The notes under the pieces are model-generated. The model saw only the letters and a list, made by a program, of their open reading frames with translations. It did not search any database and was not told the origin of the DNA. A DNA stretch of 64,000 nt from the IMG/VR virus record IMGVR_UViG_3300023179_005186, positions 1 through 64,000 of that record; one strand, 5' to 3'. Position 1 is the stretch's first letter. The number at the start of each line of letters is the position of its first letter. This document shows positions 8,728 through 19,537 of the stretch, piece by piece. A program made the translations under genes and the position numbers.

Positions 8728-10542
8728 ATGAGAGATTTGATAAATATTGATAATAATCAAATTGATAAACATAATAAATATAAAGTTCAGTATAAACCTT
8801 CCTGTATTTATTGGGGGTTAGGTATAGAAATAGAAGCATATTTAGAATTTGAAAAATATAAAGAAATAAGTAAAAAAGATTTTTTAGAAAATCATAAGAG
8901 AGAAAGATATAGTGTTGATTACTATTCAAATTATAAAAAAAATATTATGAATGAAGTATTTAAATTAATGTATAATAAATTTGGAAATAGTATTTTATAC
9001 ATGCCTGTATTAATGAATTCTCATAGTTTTATGGATACAGATATATTTAATAATTCAAAAACTTTATATACGAAAAAAGGTGGAATAAATCCTGATTTTT
9101 TTGGATTTACTTTACAGGAATATTTAGAAATTAAAAATAAATTTTTTAAACAATCAAATCCTACATGGATTTTTGATGGAGATACAATTGAATTTATTTC
9201 TACAAATTTTTTTAATGTTAAATTATCTAATGTTTTAAAAGAAGTAGAATCTAATAAAAATAGTTTTATTGATAAATTAAATCACGAATTGAAAATTTTA
9301 GACGAAATTAGTTTATTAAAAAAATATGGAAAAATTAAAATAATGGAAAAAAATCATCCATTTGCAATTCATTTAACCAATTATAATAATGTTGCTATAT
9401 TTAATAATGGAACAATTCATTTTAATATTACTCTTCCTACAAAATTAAATGAAAATTCAGAAATATTTAATAAAGAAAAATTTATAAATATACATAAGAA
9501 AGCAATTAAAATGATTCAGTGGTTTGAACCTTTAATTATAGCTGTATATGGTTCACCAGATCCATTTGCTATTTTACAAAAAGAATTACAATGTTCAGAC
9601 AATTTTATTTTTTCTAGTTGTTCACAAAGAAATGCTGTTTCAAGATATGTAAGTATTGGAACATATGATACTGATTTAATGGAAAGTGGAAAAATTCTTG
9701 TAAAGTCTATAGATGACTTGAGTGTTAGTAAATTAGATTATTGGTGGTTTAATAGATTTCATGAAAATAGTGCATATATTAAATTAGATAAAATTGGTTT
9801 AGATATCAATTTTAATAAACATTGGAATCATGGTATTGAAATAAGATTTTTAGATTATATTAATAATAATAATTTAATCAAAGAATGTTTTGAATTTATA
9901 ATATATTTGATGGATTTAAGTTTAGAATCTAAAATAGATGATTTAAAAAATCCAATAATTTCTCCTGAATTTAATGATTTAGTATTTAATATAATGTTCC
10001 AGGGTAGTGATTATTCTTTAGATAAAAATATAATTAAAATTTATGAATCAATATGTAAATTTAACTTAGAAAAAACAAATGTTGAAGAAGTTTATTATGA
10101 AATCTTTGATGGATTAAAAAAAAAATTTAATAAAGAATTTATTGAATTATCAAGTTCACATGAGCTTTATAAAAATAAATCTGAAGTTAATAAATTAATA
10201 ATGCCAGTTGGATTATATTCTAGTTTAGTTTTGGATACTAAATTTTTAAATATAAAAGCTGAAGACATGAATACAATAGATGAATTTAAAATAGAAGATA
10301 AATCAAATACACCAGAATTGATTAAAAACTATTATTTAAATAAACAAATTAATTATATTAATGAACAAATAAATAATTTAGACTATGTTGAAAAATTTAT
10401 AGATTTTACTAACAAAATAGAAAAAATAGAAGTAATAAGTAATTTAAATGAAGAAAAAAATAATTTAGAAACTAAATTGGAATCTATAAATATAAATACT
10501 ATGAATAAAACTGATAAATGTAATTGTTGTATAATAATGTAA
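8728..10542 (+). CDS. glutamate-cysteine ligase/GCS2-like ATP-dependent carboxylate-amine ligase with C-terminal CaaX
   Basis: WGLGIEIE, DTIEF, GTIHFNITLP, HGIEIRFLD match GS/GCS superfamily motif order; ends CNCCIIM-stop. Confidence 0.65.
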   Translation: MRDLINIDNNQIDKHNKYKVQYKPSCIYWGLGIEIEAYLEFEKYKEISKKDFLENHKRERYSVDYYSNYKKNIMNEVFKLMYNKFGNSILYMPVLMNSHSFMDTDIFNNSKTLYTKKGGINPDFFGFTLQEYLEIKNKFFKQSNPTWIFDGDTIEFISTNFFNVKLSNVLKEVESNKNSFIDKLNHELKILDEISLLKKYGKIKIMEKNHPFAIHLTNYNNVAIFNNGTIHFNITLPTKLNENSEIFNKEKFINIHKKAIKMIQWFEPLIIAVYGSPDPFAILQKELQCSDNFIFSSCSQRNAVSRYVSIGTYDTDLMESGKILVKSIDDLSVSKLDYWWFNRFHENSAYIKLDKIGLDINFNKHWNHGIEIRFLDYINNNNLIKECFEFIIYLMDLSLESKIDDLKNPIISPEFNDLVFNIMFQGSDYSLDKNIIKIYESICKFNLEKTNVEEVYYEIFDGLKKKFNKEFIELSSSHELYKNKSEVNKLIMPVGLYSSLVLDTKFLNIKAEDMNTIDEFKIEDKSNTPELIKNYYLNKQINYINEQINNLDYVEKFIDFTNKIEKIEVISNLNEEKNNLETKLESININTMNKTDKCNCCIIM

Positions 10543-10551
10543 ATTAAACAT

Positions 10552-11673
10552 TTATTCTAATAATACATTTAAATATTTAATACATTCATCATAATCATTA
10601 AAAAATTCATTAATAAAATTTTCATAATATTGTACAAATAAATCATATGAATCATTGATCTTAGTAATTTTTCCAATAATATTATTATTAAGGTAAATTT
10701 CCTGATATAAACTTATTAAATTATTTGAATAATTAATATTTTTAATTGAATATTTTGATTTAAATGTATTCGAAATAAATTTATCATTATCATTTGATAA
10801 TTTTTTTACTAATAAATTATGAATATTAGATTTAATACTATATTCATAATCTTTAATAATTTGTAAATGAGATTCTAAACTTTTTTTAATATTTTCTTCA
10901 AGTCTAATACAAGAATATTTTATAATTCTAAATTCTTCATAAAATTTTTCAAGATATGTAATTAAATAATCTAAATTTGTATTTGGTAACAAATTCTTAT
11001 TAATTATAATTTTTTCAGCAATGCTTTGTATTACACAAATAGAATATTCTATTTTTAAAGTTAAATTAAATATAGAATCTTCTAAAGAATTATGTGTAAT
11101 AATATATTTACGATTTGGTATAGATTTATGCATAGAATATGGTATACACATAATATAATAATTTTTTTTATCATAATAAAATGATTCTATCTCAAATCTT
11201 TTTTTACCAACAATACCTGAATTTAAGGAAATTAAAATTGCTAAATTTATATTTGTAAATTTCATATCAAATTTTAATTTATCAATTTGATCTTGATCAA
11301 TTGTTTTATTATAATTTTTAACTTCTACTATAATTTTTATTTTATTTTTAGTTATAATTTGTATATCTCCTGAATGTGGAATTTTTGATGTATTTTCTAT
11401 TTGATAATCTGGAAATCTATCTTTTAGTATATCCATGACAATATTTTCACCAGATGATCCTTTTGAAGTTAGTTTTGATTCTGTAATTGTATTTGAATCT
11501 CCTTGTATATTGTAATTTAAAATAATTGTAGGATCATTTTTAATAAAATTTTTTAACCATAAATTATATCCTTGTGTAAAAATATCATCAAAAATTATAT
11601 TTTGATATTCTGGAGTAATTATACTTAGTAATTTATATTTATTCAAATCAATTTTATATTCTACATCATTCAT
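10552..11673 (-). CDS. PD-(D/E)XK restriction-endonuclease-like nuclease
   Basis: KGSSGE...HSGDIQI....IIVEVKNY...IDKLKFD catalytic pattern. Confidence 0.7.
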   Translation of the reverse strand: MNDVEYKIDLNKYKLLSIITPEYQNIIFDDIFTQGYNLWLKNFIKNDPTIILNYNIQGDSNTITESKLTSKGSSGENIVMDILKDRFPDYQIENTSKIPHSGDIQIITKNKIKIIVEVKNYNKTIDQDQIDKLKFDMKFTNINLAILISLNSGIVGKKRFEIESFYYDKKNYYIMCIPYSMHKSIPNRKYIITHNSLEDSIFNLTLKIEYSICVIQSIAEKIIINKNLLPNTNLDYLITYLEKFYEEFRIIKYSCIRLEENIKKSLESHLQIIKDYEYSIKSNIHNLLVKKLSNDNDKFISNTFKSKYSIKNINYSNNLISLYQEIYLNNNIIGKITKINDSYDLFVQYYENFINEFFNDYDECIKYLNVLLE

Positions 11674-11725
11674 TGAAATTATACTTATCTAATAATTTAT
11701 ATAATTAAATTATTAAATCAAATTT

Positions 11726-12187
11726 TTATGTATAAAAAGTTAATACTGTATAAGATGAATTATTAATTTTTATAATTGGATCAGGAACAAATCCTAATTT
11801 ACTATATAGTCGAAATGCATCAGTATAAATGCTAGAAATTAACATTATAAACTTTATATTTATATTCTTTATATAATAAATCATATTCATCATTAATTTA
11901 AAACCTAATCCTTTACCACGATATTTTTTTATTATATAAAAATAACTTAGGAAATAAACATTTCTACCATCATTTAATTCTTTTATTTCGCCAACCATAT
12001 AACCTAGAATTGTTCCATCATCATTAATTAATAACCAACCTAAAAAATTACTTGAACTTAAAGTATATGTAATATCTTCTATTGTAAAATTAATATCAGG
12101 TTGGTTTTGTAAATCCATAAAATTTATGTAAATAATTTTTGCTAATCTATCAATATTTTTAACCTGTTCTATTCTTTGTAATTTCAT
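11726..12187 (-). CDS. GNAT N-acetyltransferase
   Basis: acetyl-CoA-binding YRGKGLG and C-terminal AFRLYSKLGF. Confidence 0.9.
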   Translation of the reverse strand: MKLQRIEQVKNIDRLAKIIYINFMDLQNQPDINFTIEDITYTLSSSNFLGWLLINDDGTILGYMVGEIKELNDGRNVYFLSYFYIIKKYRGKGLGFKLMMNMIYYIKNINIKFIMLISSIYTDAFRLYSKLGFVPDPIIKINNSSYTVLTFYT

Positions 12188-12270
12188 TTATATTTTTAAA
12201 TATATATATTATATCTAAAATATATAAAAATATGAATATAAAAACTTAAATATTTTAATAAATCTTATAA

Positions 12271-15200
12271 TTATTTTTTTATTTTAGTATTTTTTACTTT
12301 TGAATCATCAGTTTGAATAGTAATTTTAGTTTTACTAATTTCTTTATTATTTTTTTTAGTTGATTTATTAATTTTTTTATTTTTTTGATTTTCTTCTAAA
12401 TCCTGCATTTCATCCATATAATTAATCCATTTATTATATTGAACAATAAGTAAATCTAGTTCATTAATCCATAAATCTTGTACAGTCATTTTCATATAAA
12501 TATCTAATTCCTTAGATTTTTCATCATAATCTTTATTAAGTTCATCAATTTTTTCTAAAGTTAAAGAGAACAAAGGTAAATTAGTTAAATAATCATATGA
12601 TGGTTTTGAATTAATTGATGTAGCTAATTCAGGATACTTTAGATTAATTAAATCTTGAACAATATCTGTTTTTTTTCTACGTTCAATCACGATTTTTTTA
12701 CTTAAAATTTGTTCAATAAATTTTTTTCTATATTTTAATAATAACATTTCATTTTCTAATACCTTTATGTGATATTTTTTTCTTTTTTCATACATTTCTA
12801 ATCTTATTTCTACATAATCTTTAAGAATATGATTAGCAGAATGATATTTTGTAATAATATTTTTTTTGTATAAATGCATATTTGAAGTTTTAATTGTACT
12901 AATTATTTTTAATTTTTTTTCTAATGTATTAGACTTTATTAATTTTTGTAATTCATTGTTTTTAAAATATAATTTAATATCAATCTTAACATTACCAGAA
13001 TTATTTTCATAATCATAAATTAATTCTTCTTTTTGAACTAATCCTGATAAAAAATCAATATAATCTTGAGTCCATGTACCAATAGGTAATTCTTTAATAT
13101 GAACACAATTTTCTGAAATTACTGTAATTTTTCCAACTGAATTGTAAGTATTTTCATTTATTTTTTCTATTGTACCAATAAATCCTCTAAACCATGGATT
13201 TAATTCATCTAGTTCAGATATATCAGTACCTTTTAAATATTTTTTTAAATTTGAAATAATTTCTACAGGATTATGAGGAGGAATATTTGTACTAAATCCT
13301 GTACCAATACCTTCACTACCATTTACTAAAATCATAGGGATGATTGGATAATAACTTTCAGGTTCAACAACATCACCCTCTTCAATATTATATTTAAGAA
13401 CAGCTTCATCTTTATTAATAAATATATTTCTTGTTAAATCAGATAATTGAGTAAAAATATATCTTGCACTAGCTGCATCTTTACCTCCCATACGTCTAGA
13501 ACCAAAGTTACCTAAAGGTTTAAGAAGGTTAAGATTATTGGATCCACAATAATCTTGTGCCATATTAATAATTGCACCTTGTAAACTGGCTTCACCATGA
13601 TGATAACCTGTATGTTCGCTGATATATCCTGATAATTGAGCAACTTTGATTTCTTCATTATCTAATTTGCGTTTAAATGCTCCATATAAAATTTTACGTT
13701 GTGAAGGTTTTAATCCATCAGATATATTAGGAATAGATCTAATATTATCCTCATGTGAGAATTGAATCAAATCTTTATTGACAAATTCATCAAAAGTTAT
13801 TTTCTTTTTATCAAAGTCAATAGCAACTTCTGGATCAAACTTTCTAACCCATTCTTTACGATCATTTGATCTTTGTTTTGCAAAAGCTAATGTTAATGCT
13901 TGATAAGATGGTTCTAATTTATCATTTTCACATTCAGAAACTGATTGAATATCTTCATCAGATTTATCAGAAGAATTTTTAGATTTTGCTGATTTATTTG
14001 ATACCAAGTCTTCATCTTCTTCATATTCATCAATATCATCTTTATTTTTAGATCCACTTTTTATATTTTTATTTAATTTAGAAGAATCCAATGTCCAAAC
14101 ATAATTGACAATTCGATCTTCTAAATCTGTAAATGATTCTTTGGCTTCTTTTGCAGTTGAAGTACCCAATCCCTTATAATATTTGATTGTGTAGTTTTTA
14201 AAGGAATCATTAACTTTATCAGTCCATTTTTTATATTCGGCTAATGTGTAAAAAATTTCAGGATTTGCTTTTTTACTATCTGATTTTTTAAACACTTTAA
14301 TAATAGGAGTTGCAATAGATTGAATAAATCCTTCAATCTTTAATAAACTTGGCCAGAAATAATGAAAGAAATTCATTAATAATCCTTTGATATGGTATCC
14401 ATCACAATCTTGATCAGTTAGAATAACAATTCCTCCATATCTTAACTTTTTAGTATCATTATATACTTGATTTTGTTTTAATCCTAAGATTTGTTTCAAG
14501 TTCTTAATTTCTTCATTACCAAGCAATTGTTTAGGATTAGCTTCACGAACATTTAGCAATTTTCCCTTAAGTGGAAATACACCATACTTGTCTCGTCCAA
14601 TTACTTCTAGTCCTGACATTGCAAATGATTTTGCTGAATCTCCTTCTGTTAAAATTAATCTACATTCGGAAGAACGTTTTGAACCAGCCAATCTAGCATC
14701 ATCTAATTTAGTAAGATTTTTAAGATTTACATTTTTTTTACCATCAGATTTTTCTAATTCAGCTAATTGTTTAACTGAAGCTAATTGAACTAATTCATCA
14801 ACCAATCCAGTTTTACAAATCTTTTGAATAAATTTATCATCAATATCACATTTTATATTGAATAAAGATGATTTTGTTGTTAGAGATTCTTTACTTTGAG
14901 AACTAAAAGAAGGATCTTCAATAGTTGAATTAATAAATACTGTAATATTGTCTTTAATTTGAGATGGTTTAATTTTAAGTGTTTTATGTTTATCTAAAAT
15001 AGTTTTTGTAACACCATCTACAATTTGATTAACAATCATATTCAAATGAGTTCCTCCTAAAAAAGTACTGATTTTATTAACAAAAGTCATGTGTTGGAAT
15101 CCAGAATTATTATCATATACTACACCAACAGACCATCTAGAATTAAATTCTTGATAAATTACTTGAATATTCTCATCTTCCGTATAAAACATCTTGATAT

Positions 15201-17085
15201 AATCTTCAAATGACTTGATATCTAAGTATTTGTCATTCAAATAAACTTTAACATTTGTATTAGTATTACCTGCTAAATCATATGCACGTCTTTTTAAGAG
15301 AGAAGCCATATCTTTATTAAGATTCTTTAATCCAAATCTTTTATAATCAGGTTTAAAAGTAATTTTTGTATAAGATTCTGTAGATTTAGAAATATCAGTA
15401 ATTATTGGTTCTTCTTTATCAAACATATTATTTGTAAATTTTTGATTGTATTTTTTTTTTCTTATTGGATCTGAAATTTCAACTTCAAAAAGCTCGGAAT
15501 AAATATTAGCACAATTATGTGTAACGGTGAAATCATTAATTAAAAATCTCTGATTATCATCAATTTCAAATCCAATATAATCACTAATTTCAATCTTATT
15601 AACTTTGAGATATCCGGTAGTTTTAGAAGAATGGATTCTATCTCCAGAACATTTTTTTCTTGGAAGCAATGTTGGAATATCAGATATATTTTCACCTGAT
15701 ATATTTATATTATATGCTTCTCCCTTTTTTTTTTCACCATTTAACATATATTTAGTATTTCTTTTATGAATAGATGTGTAAAATCCAAGTGAACGTGATA
15801 AGAATACAATATCTTGAGCAAGACGTTCGTGATTTAAAGCTTGTGTTATTACAATTCTAGTACCATCCCTTTTAACAGTTTCATCTGTATCAATAATTCC
15901 ACCTAAAACTTTTAATCTTGTATCACTATCATTAATAATATATTCATTTGGAATATGTTTGTTATTAACTAAATTATATTTATCTAGTTGTTTTTTAAGA
16001 GAATAACCTTTTTTACCTGATTCTTCTAAATAATTAATTAATTCAGGATCATTCTCACCATTACCAAGCCATAACCCCAAAACATATGGATCTAATTCAA
16101 CATCTTTATGTTCCCATTGAACACATTCTCCACGAATACCAGCTAATCTTAATTTAGTTGTTTCATTTAATTTAATATAATCTTGAATATTCATGTCAAC
16201 GATATTATTGTCGGGAATTGACTTGCAAAATTCCTCTAATTCTAATTTTGCTTGAGTAACTTTAAAAGTATCTTGAGAAATTTTAATAGTTTTTTTATTA
16301 ATACAATTCTCTTCGTGATTCCACCATAATACAGACCATCCATTTTCAGATCCATTCCAAAAAATAACTTTATGATCTGGCATATGTAATGTTAATGTAT
16401 GGTTATCATTTACCTTATAAGATTCACCATTTGCTTGAATTATTTTATACATTTGACCATTACCTTTAATAATATTTTTAATATTTCTAATTTTTCCATC
16501 ATCACCAATTAACTTATCTTCTTTTGTTAAATCTTTTGCTTGTTTGATACCACCATTAAAAAGAGGAATTAGTGTATCGGGTGCTAAGCACTTTGATCCT
16601 AGACCATTTTTTCCCCCGACAATTTTACCTTTTTGATCATAGTTACCAGAAGTTAGTAGATTTCCAAAAATAAGTTCAGGAACATAAATATTATATTCTT
16701 TATGTAATTCAATTGGAATTGTTGATCCATTATTATAAACTGAAATTATACCAGATTTTTCATCAATATTAATTTTAATAACATTACATTTTATATCTCT
16801 AACGGTATTATCAGCAGCATTAACCACGATTTCATCAAAGATTTTGTATAAACCTAACACAACGTTGCAATCTTTTTTAATAATCCGATTTTCATCTTCA
16901 TCATAAATATACATGTTGATTATATCATTTTGTACTGACCCTATATATGTATCAGGTAAATCTAATATATGTTGATGCAATGACTTTTTTTTATATTGTT
17001 CCTCAATTGTAGGACCATTATTTTTAACTATTTTTTCTTTTTTTTCTACTTTATCACCAGTTTTTTTTGCATTTTTTGAACTCAT
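12271..17085 (-). CDS. TOP2: DNA topoisomerase II (type IIA), intein-containing
   Basis: EIVVNAADN, GGKNG, TEGDSA, PLKGKLLNV, TDQDCDG, YYKGLGTS, DGLKPSQRK, YHHGEASL, ASARYIF. Confidence 0.98.
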   Translation of the reverse strand: MSSKNAKKTGDKVEKKEKIVKNNGPTIEEQYKKKSLHQHILDLPDTYIGSVQNDIINMYIYDEDENRIIKKDCNVVLGLYKIFDEIVVNAADNTVRDIKCNVIKINIDEKSGIISVYNNGSTIPIELHKEYNIYVPELIFGNLLTSGNYDQKGKIVGGKNGLGSKCLAPDTLIPLFNGGIKQAKDLTKEDKLIGDDGKIRNIKNIIKGNGQMYKIIQANGESYKVNDNHTLTLHMPDHKVIFWNGSENGWSVLWWNHEENCINKKTIKISQDTFKVTQAKLELEEFCKSIPDNNIVDMNIQDYIKLNETTKLRLAGIRGECVQWEHKDVELDPYVLGLWLGNGENDPELINYLEESGKKGYSLKKQLDKYNLVNNKHIPNEYIINDSDTRLKVLGGIIDTDETVKRDGTRIVITQALNHERLAQDIVFLSRSLGFYTSIHKRNTKYMLNGEKKKGEAYNINISGENISDIPTLLPRKKCSGDRIHSSKTTGYLKVNKIEISDYIGFEIDDNQRFLINDFTVTHNCANIYSELFEVEISDPIRKKKYNQKFTNNMFDKEEPIITDISKSTESYTKITFKPDYKRFGLKNLNKDMASLLKRRAYDLAGNTNTNVKVYLNDKYLDIKSFEDYIKMFYTEDENIQVIYQEFNSRWSVGVVYDNNSGFQHMTFVNKISTFLGGTHLNMIVNQIVDGVTKTILDKHKTLKIKPSQIKDNITVFINSTIEDPSFSSQSKESLTTKSSLFNIKCDIDDKFIQKICKTGLVDELVQLASVKQLAELEKSDGKKNVNLKNLTKLDDARLAGSKRSSECRLILTEGDSAKSFAMSGLEVIGRDKYGVFPLKGKLLNVREANPKQLLGNEEIKNLKQILGLKQNQVYNDTKKLRYGGIVILTDQDCDGYHIKGLLMNFFHYFWPSLLKIEGFIQSIATPIIKVFKKSDSKKANPEIFYTLAEYKKWTDKVNDSFKNYTIKYYKGLGTSTAKEAKESFTDLEDRIVNYVWTLDSSKLNKNIKSGSKNKDDIDEYEEDEDLVSNKSAKSKNSSDKSDEDIQSVSECENDKLEPSYQALTLAFAKQRSNDRKEWVRKFDPEVAIDFDKKKITFDEFVNKDLIQFSHEDNIRSIPNISDGLKPSQRKILYGAFKRKLDNEEIKVAQLSGYISEHTGYHHGEASLQGAIINMAQDYCGSNNLNLLKPLGNFGSRRMGGKDAASARYIFTQLSDLTRNIFINKDEAVLKYNIEEGDVVEPESYYPIIPMILVNGSEGIGTGFSTNIPPHNPVEIISNLKKYLKGTDISELDELNPWFRGFIGTIEKINENTYNSVGKITVISENCVHIKELPIGTWTQDYIDFLSGLVQKEELIYDYENNSGNVKIDIKLYFKNNELQKLIKSNTLEKKLKIISTIKTSNMHLYKKNIITKYHSANHILKDYVEIRLEMYEKRKKYHIKVLENEMLLLKYRKKFIEQILSKKIVIERRKKTDIVQDLINLKYPELATSINSKPSYDYLTNLPLFSLTLEKIDELNKDYDEKSKELDIYMKMTVQDLWINELDLLIVQYNKWINYMDEMQDLEENQKNKKINKSTKKNNKEISKTKITIQTDDSKVKNTKIKK
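15514..16590 (-). mobile_element. intein (359 aa) in the Top2 ATPase lid, with degenerate LAGLIDADG endonuclease
   Basis: GGKNGLGSK|CLAPDT ... VNDNH (block B) ... DFTVTHN|CANIYS. Confidence 0.95.
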
Positions 17086-17133
17086 AATTTAATTAGAGAA
17101 TGAATATATTTTAAATCTTTAAGTTATTTTTTA

Positions 17134-17141
17134 TCAATTTT
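17134..17141 (-). promoter_or_regulatory. early promoter AAAATTGA (TOP2)
   Basis: exact octamer about 49 nt upstream of the TOP2 start. Confidence 0.8.
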
Positions 17142-17224
17142 TTTTAATAAAGAAAAAGTATAGTATAAATTTTTTTTAATATTTAAAAAAACAATAATAT
17201 TATAAATTAATAATAATATATTTA

Positions 17225-19534
17225 ATGAGTAATATAAAAAATTTATATAGTGGAGTTAAATTTATTGAAACTCATATTGGAGGAAATAATGATGATACTA
17301 ATCAAATGTTTAAAGATCAAAAAAATTTGATTGATTTAAATACATATGATTATGAAAGATTAATCGACTATTTTAATAAATTACAAAGAGAAAAAAATGA
17401 AAATAATAATTACATTCAAAGATTAGATAATGAATTAAATACAAATCCTTATAGATTAAACACATTACCAACAACAATTGATGGTATAAATTATTCTAAT
17501 CCAGTAGTTTATCCAAAAGAATATGATGAATATTTTGAATATTTACAAAAAAAAGGTATACATGGTTTAAATACAAAAATTGCATTAAAAAAAACATTTA
17601 TAAATGTTGATTCTGCTAATAGAAGTACTGAAACAAGTTTTAATCAAGGTAATTTTTTAAAATTACAAAAAAATACAATAGTATTTACTCCAAATAAAAA
17701 AACATTTAAAATACTTATTAATGATGCAGACAAAAAATATATTGATGGACAACAAATATCATTAAGAGGATTTAAATTTTATAAAATATTATATAACTCT
17801 CTAAATTTTTATTTTAATGATGGACAAAAATATGTTGTATTAGATTTAAAACCAAATTTTGATATAATTATTCCATATTATGATATATTAATTCAAATAA
17901 ATGGTGTAGTAAATGGTAATTCAAAAACCTTTAAAAATATACCATTAAGTGTAATTAATCAAATACATAGAGTTGAAGTAATTAGTATTAATTCAGATCT
18001 AAGAATTAAATTTGAATTACCACTTGAATTTAATACAGATAATGATTCAAATCAAATATTAGTATCAGATTGTGAAATAACTTATTATAATATTGGAAAT
18101 TATCCAATTAGTTTAATTAATGCTACTACTCCGCTATCTGAATTTAATTTAATTACATATCATTCGATTTCTGCTGTCACGAAAGATTATATACAATTAG
18201 ATTTATTAGATGAATTATCTTTAAATAAAGTAGTTAATTTATCAGGATATTGGTTAAATAATAATTTTTATACTGGTCAAGATGTTGAAATATCAACTAT
18301 AATTGCATTTAATTTAGCATATCCTACTGCATCAACATTTACTATTAGTTTAGATAAAAATTTAAATAATATTGCTGCAATTAGAATAATAAGTTCAGAA
18401 ATACCAAATATTCAAAAAAATATTGTTTCTAATATTAAAAATTCAAGATCATTGTTGAATTCTTTAAACACAAAAATAGAATCAGTTAATAATAAATTAT
18501 ATTGGGACAATTTACTTGATTCTGGAATATATTTTATAGAATTACCAACAGGATATTATTCATTTACACAAATACAAAATTTAATTATGGAATATGTTAG
18601 TAAAGTACCACGTATTTCTACACAACCTAATTTATATCCATTCAATAATATTGAAGTTGAATTAAATGAAAGTTCTAATATTGCTTCATTTAAATCATTT
18701 AGCTTATATAATTTACCTAAATGTTTAGATTCTTATACTGAAATAAAAGAATCGATTAATCCTAATTCAAATTTATTTACAATAAAAATTTTACATGAAA
18801 ATCATAATTTAAATTTAGGTGATACTATTTATATTCTTAATTCTATTGATTATTATGTAATTTCCAAAACATATTTAAATACTGAATCAGGTCATGTAAT
18901 AACTAAAATAATTAATAATAATTATTATGAAATAATACTTAAAAATATTAATTTAATACCTGATGTTGGTAATACAGCTGGTGGATTTTCTATACAAATA
19001 AAGGCACCTAACTCATTTAGATTAAGATTTGATTTTGATGATACATTTGGTTCTTTAATTGGTTTTAGATATGTTGGTAATAAAACATCAATTACTGTTT
19101 ATTCAAGTGAAGTTCCCAATAATATTATTACTAATTTACTTCCATATACATATGATATTAGTAAAATTTTAATCACTAATAATACTATTACTGCATCACA
19201 AGCAATTTACGACTTTAACAATAATTATAATACTTATATATTACTTCAATGTAAAGGATTTAATAATGTTGCTAATCCCGATGGTCCTCCTTTTTTTTAT
19301 AAATTTCTTATGTCTAGTGCTCCAAATACTATTGTTTATAATTCATTTGTAAATACACCAACCTATCTAAATCCACCAATTAGAACTTTATCTAGTCTTG
19401 AATTTAAATTTATTGATCCAAAAGGTAATGAGGTAAACTTTTATAATAAAAATTATTCTATTACCATACAAATTGATTCATTTGATAATACACCTGAAAA
19501 TACTGGAATAAATACTTTTACTGCTAGACTATAA
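17225..19534 (+). CDS. beta-rich hypothetical protein, possible virion structural protein
   Basis: 769 aa; INVDSANR, IRIISSEIP, FGSLIGF, LSSLEFKFIDPKG.EVNF..KNYSITI resemble NCLDV minor-capsid/penton-type domains (from memory). Confidence 0.5.
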   Translation: MSNIKNLYSGVKFIETHIGGNNDDTNQMFKDQKNLIDLNTYDYERLIDYFNKLQREKNENNNYIQRLDNELNTNPYRLNTLPTTIDGINYSNPVVYPKEYDEYFEYLQKKGIHGLNTKIALKKTFINVDSANRSTETSFNQGNFLKLQKNTIVFTPNKKTFKILINDADKKYIDGQQISLRGFKFYKILYNSLNFYFNDGQKYVVLDLKPNFDIIIPYYDILIQINGVVNGNSKTFKNIPLSVINQIHRVEVISINSDLRIKFELPLEFNTDNDSNQILVSDCEITYYNIGNYPISLINATTPLSEFNLITYHSISAVTKDYIQLDLLDELSLNKVVNLSGYWLNNNFYTGQDVEISTIIAFNLAYPTASTFTISLDKNLNNIAAIRIISSEIPNIQKNIVSNIKNSRSLLNSLNTKIESVNNKLYWDNLLDSGIYFIELPTGYYSFTQIQNLIMEYVSKVPRISTQPNLYPFNNIEVELNESSNIASFKSFSLYNLPKCLDSYTEIKESINPNSNLFTIKILHENHNLNLGDTIYILNSIDYYVISKTYLNTESGHVITKIINNNYYEIILKNINLIPDVGNTAGGFSIQIKAPNSFRLRFDFDDTFGSLIGFRYVGNKTSITVYSSEVPNNIITNLLPYTYDISKILITNNTITASQAIYDFNNNYNTYILLQCKGFNNVANPDGPPFFYKFLMSSAPNTIVYNSFVNTPTYLNPPIRTLSSLEFKFIDPKGNEVNFYNKNYSITIQIDSFDNTPENTGINTFTARL

Positions 19535-19537
19535 AAA

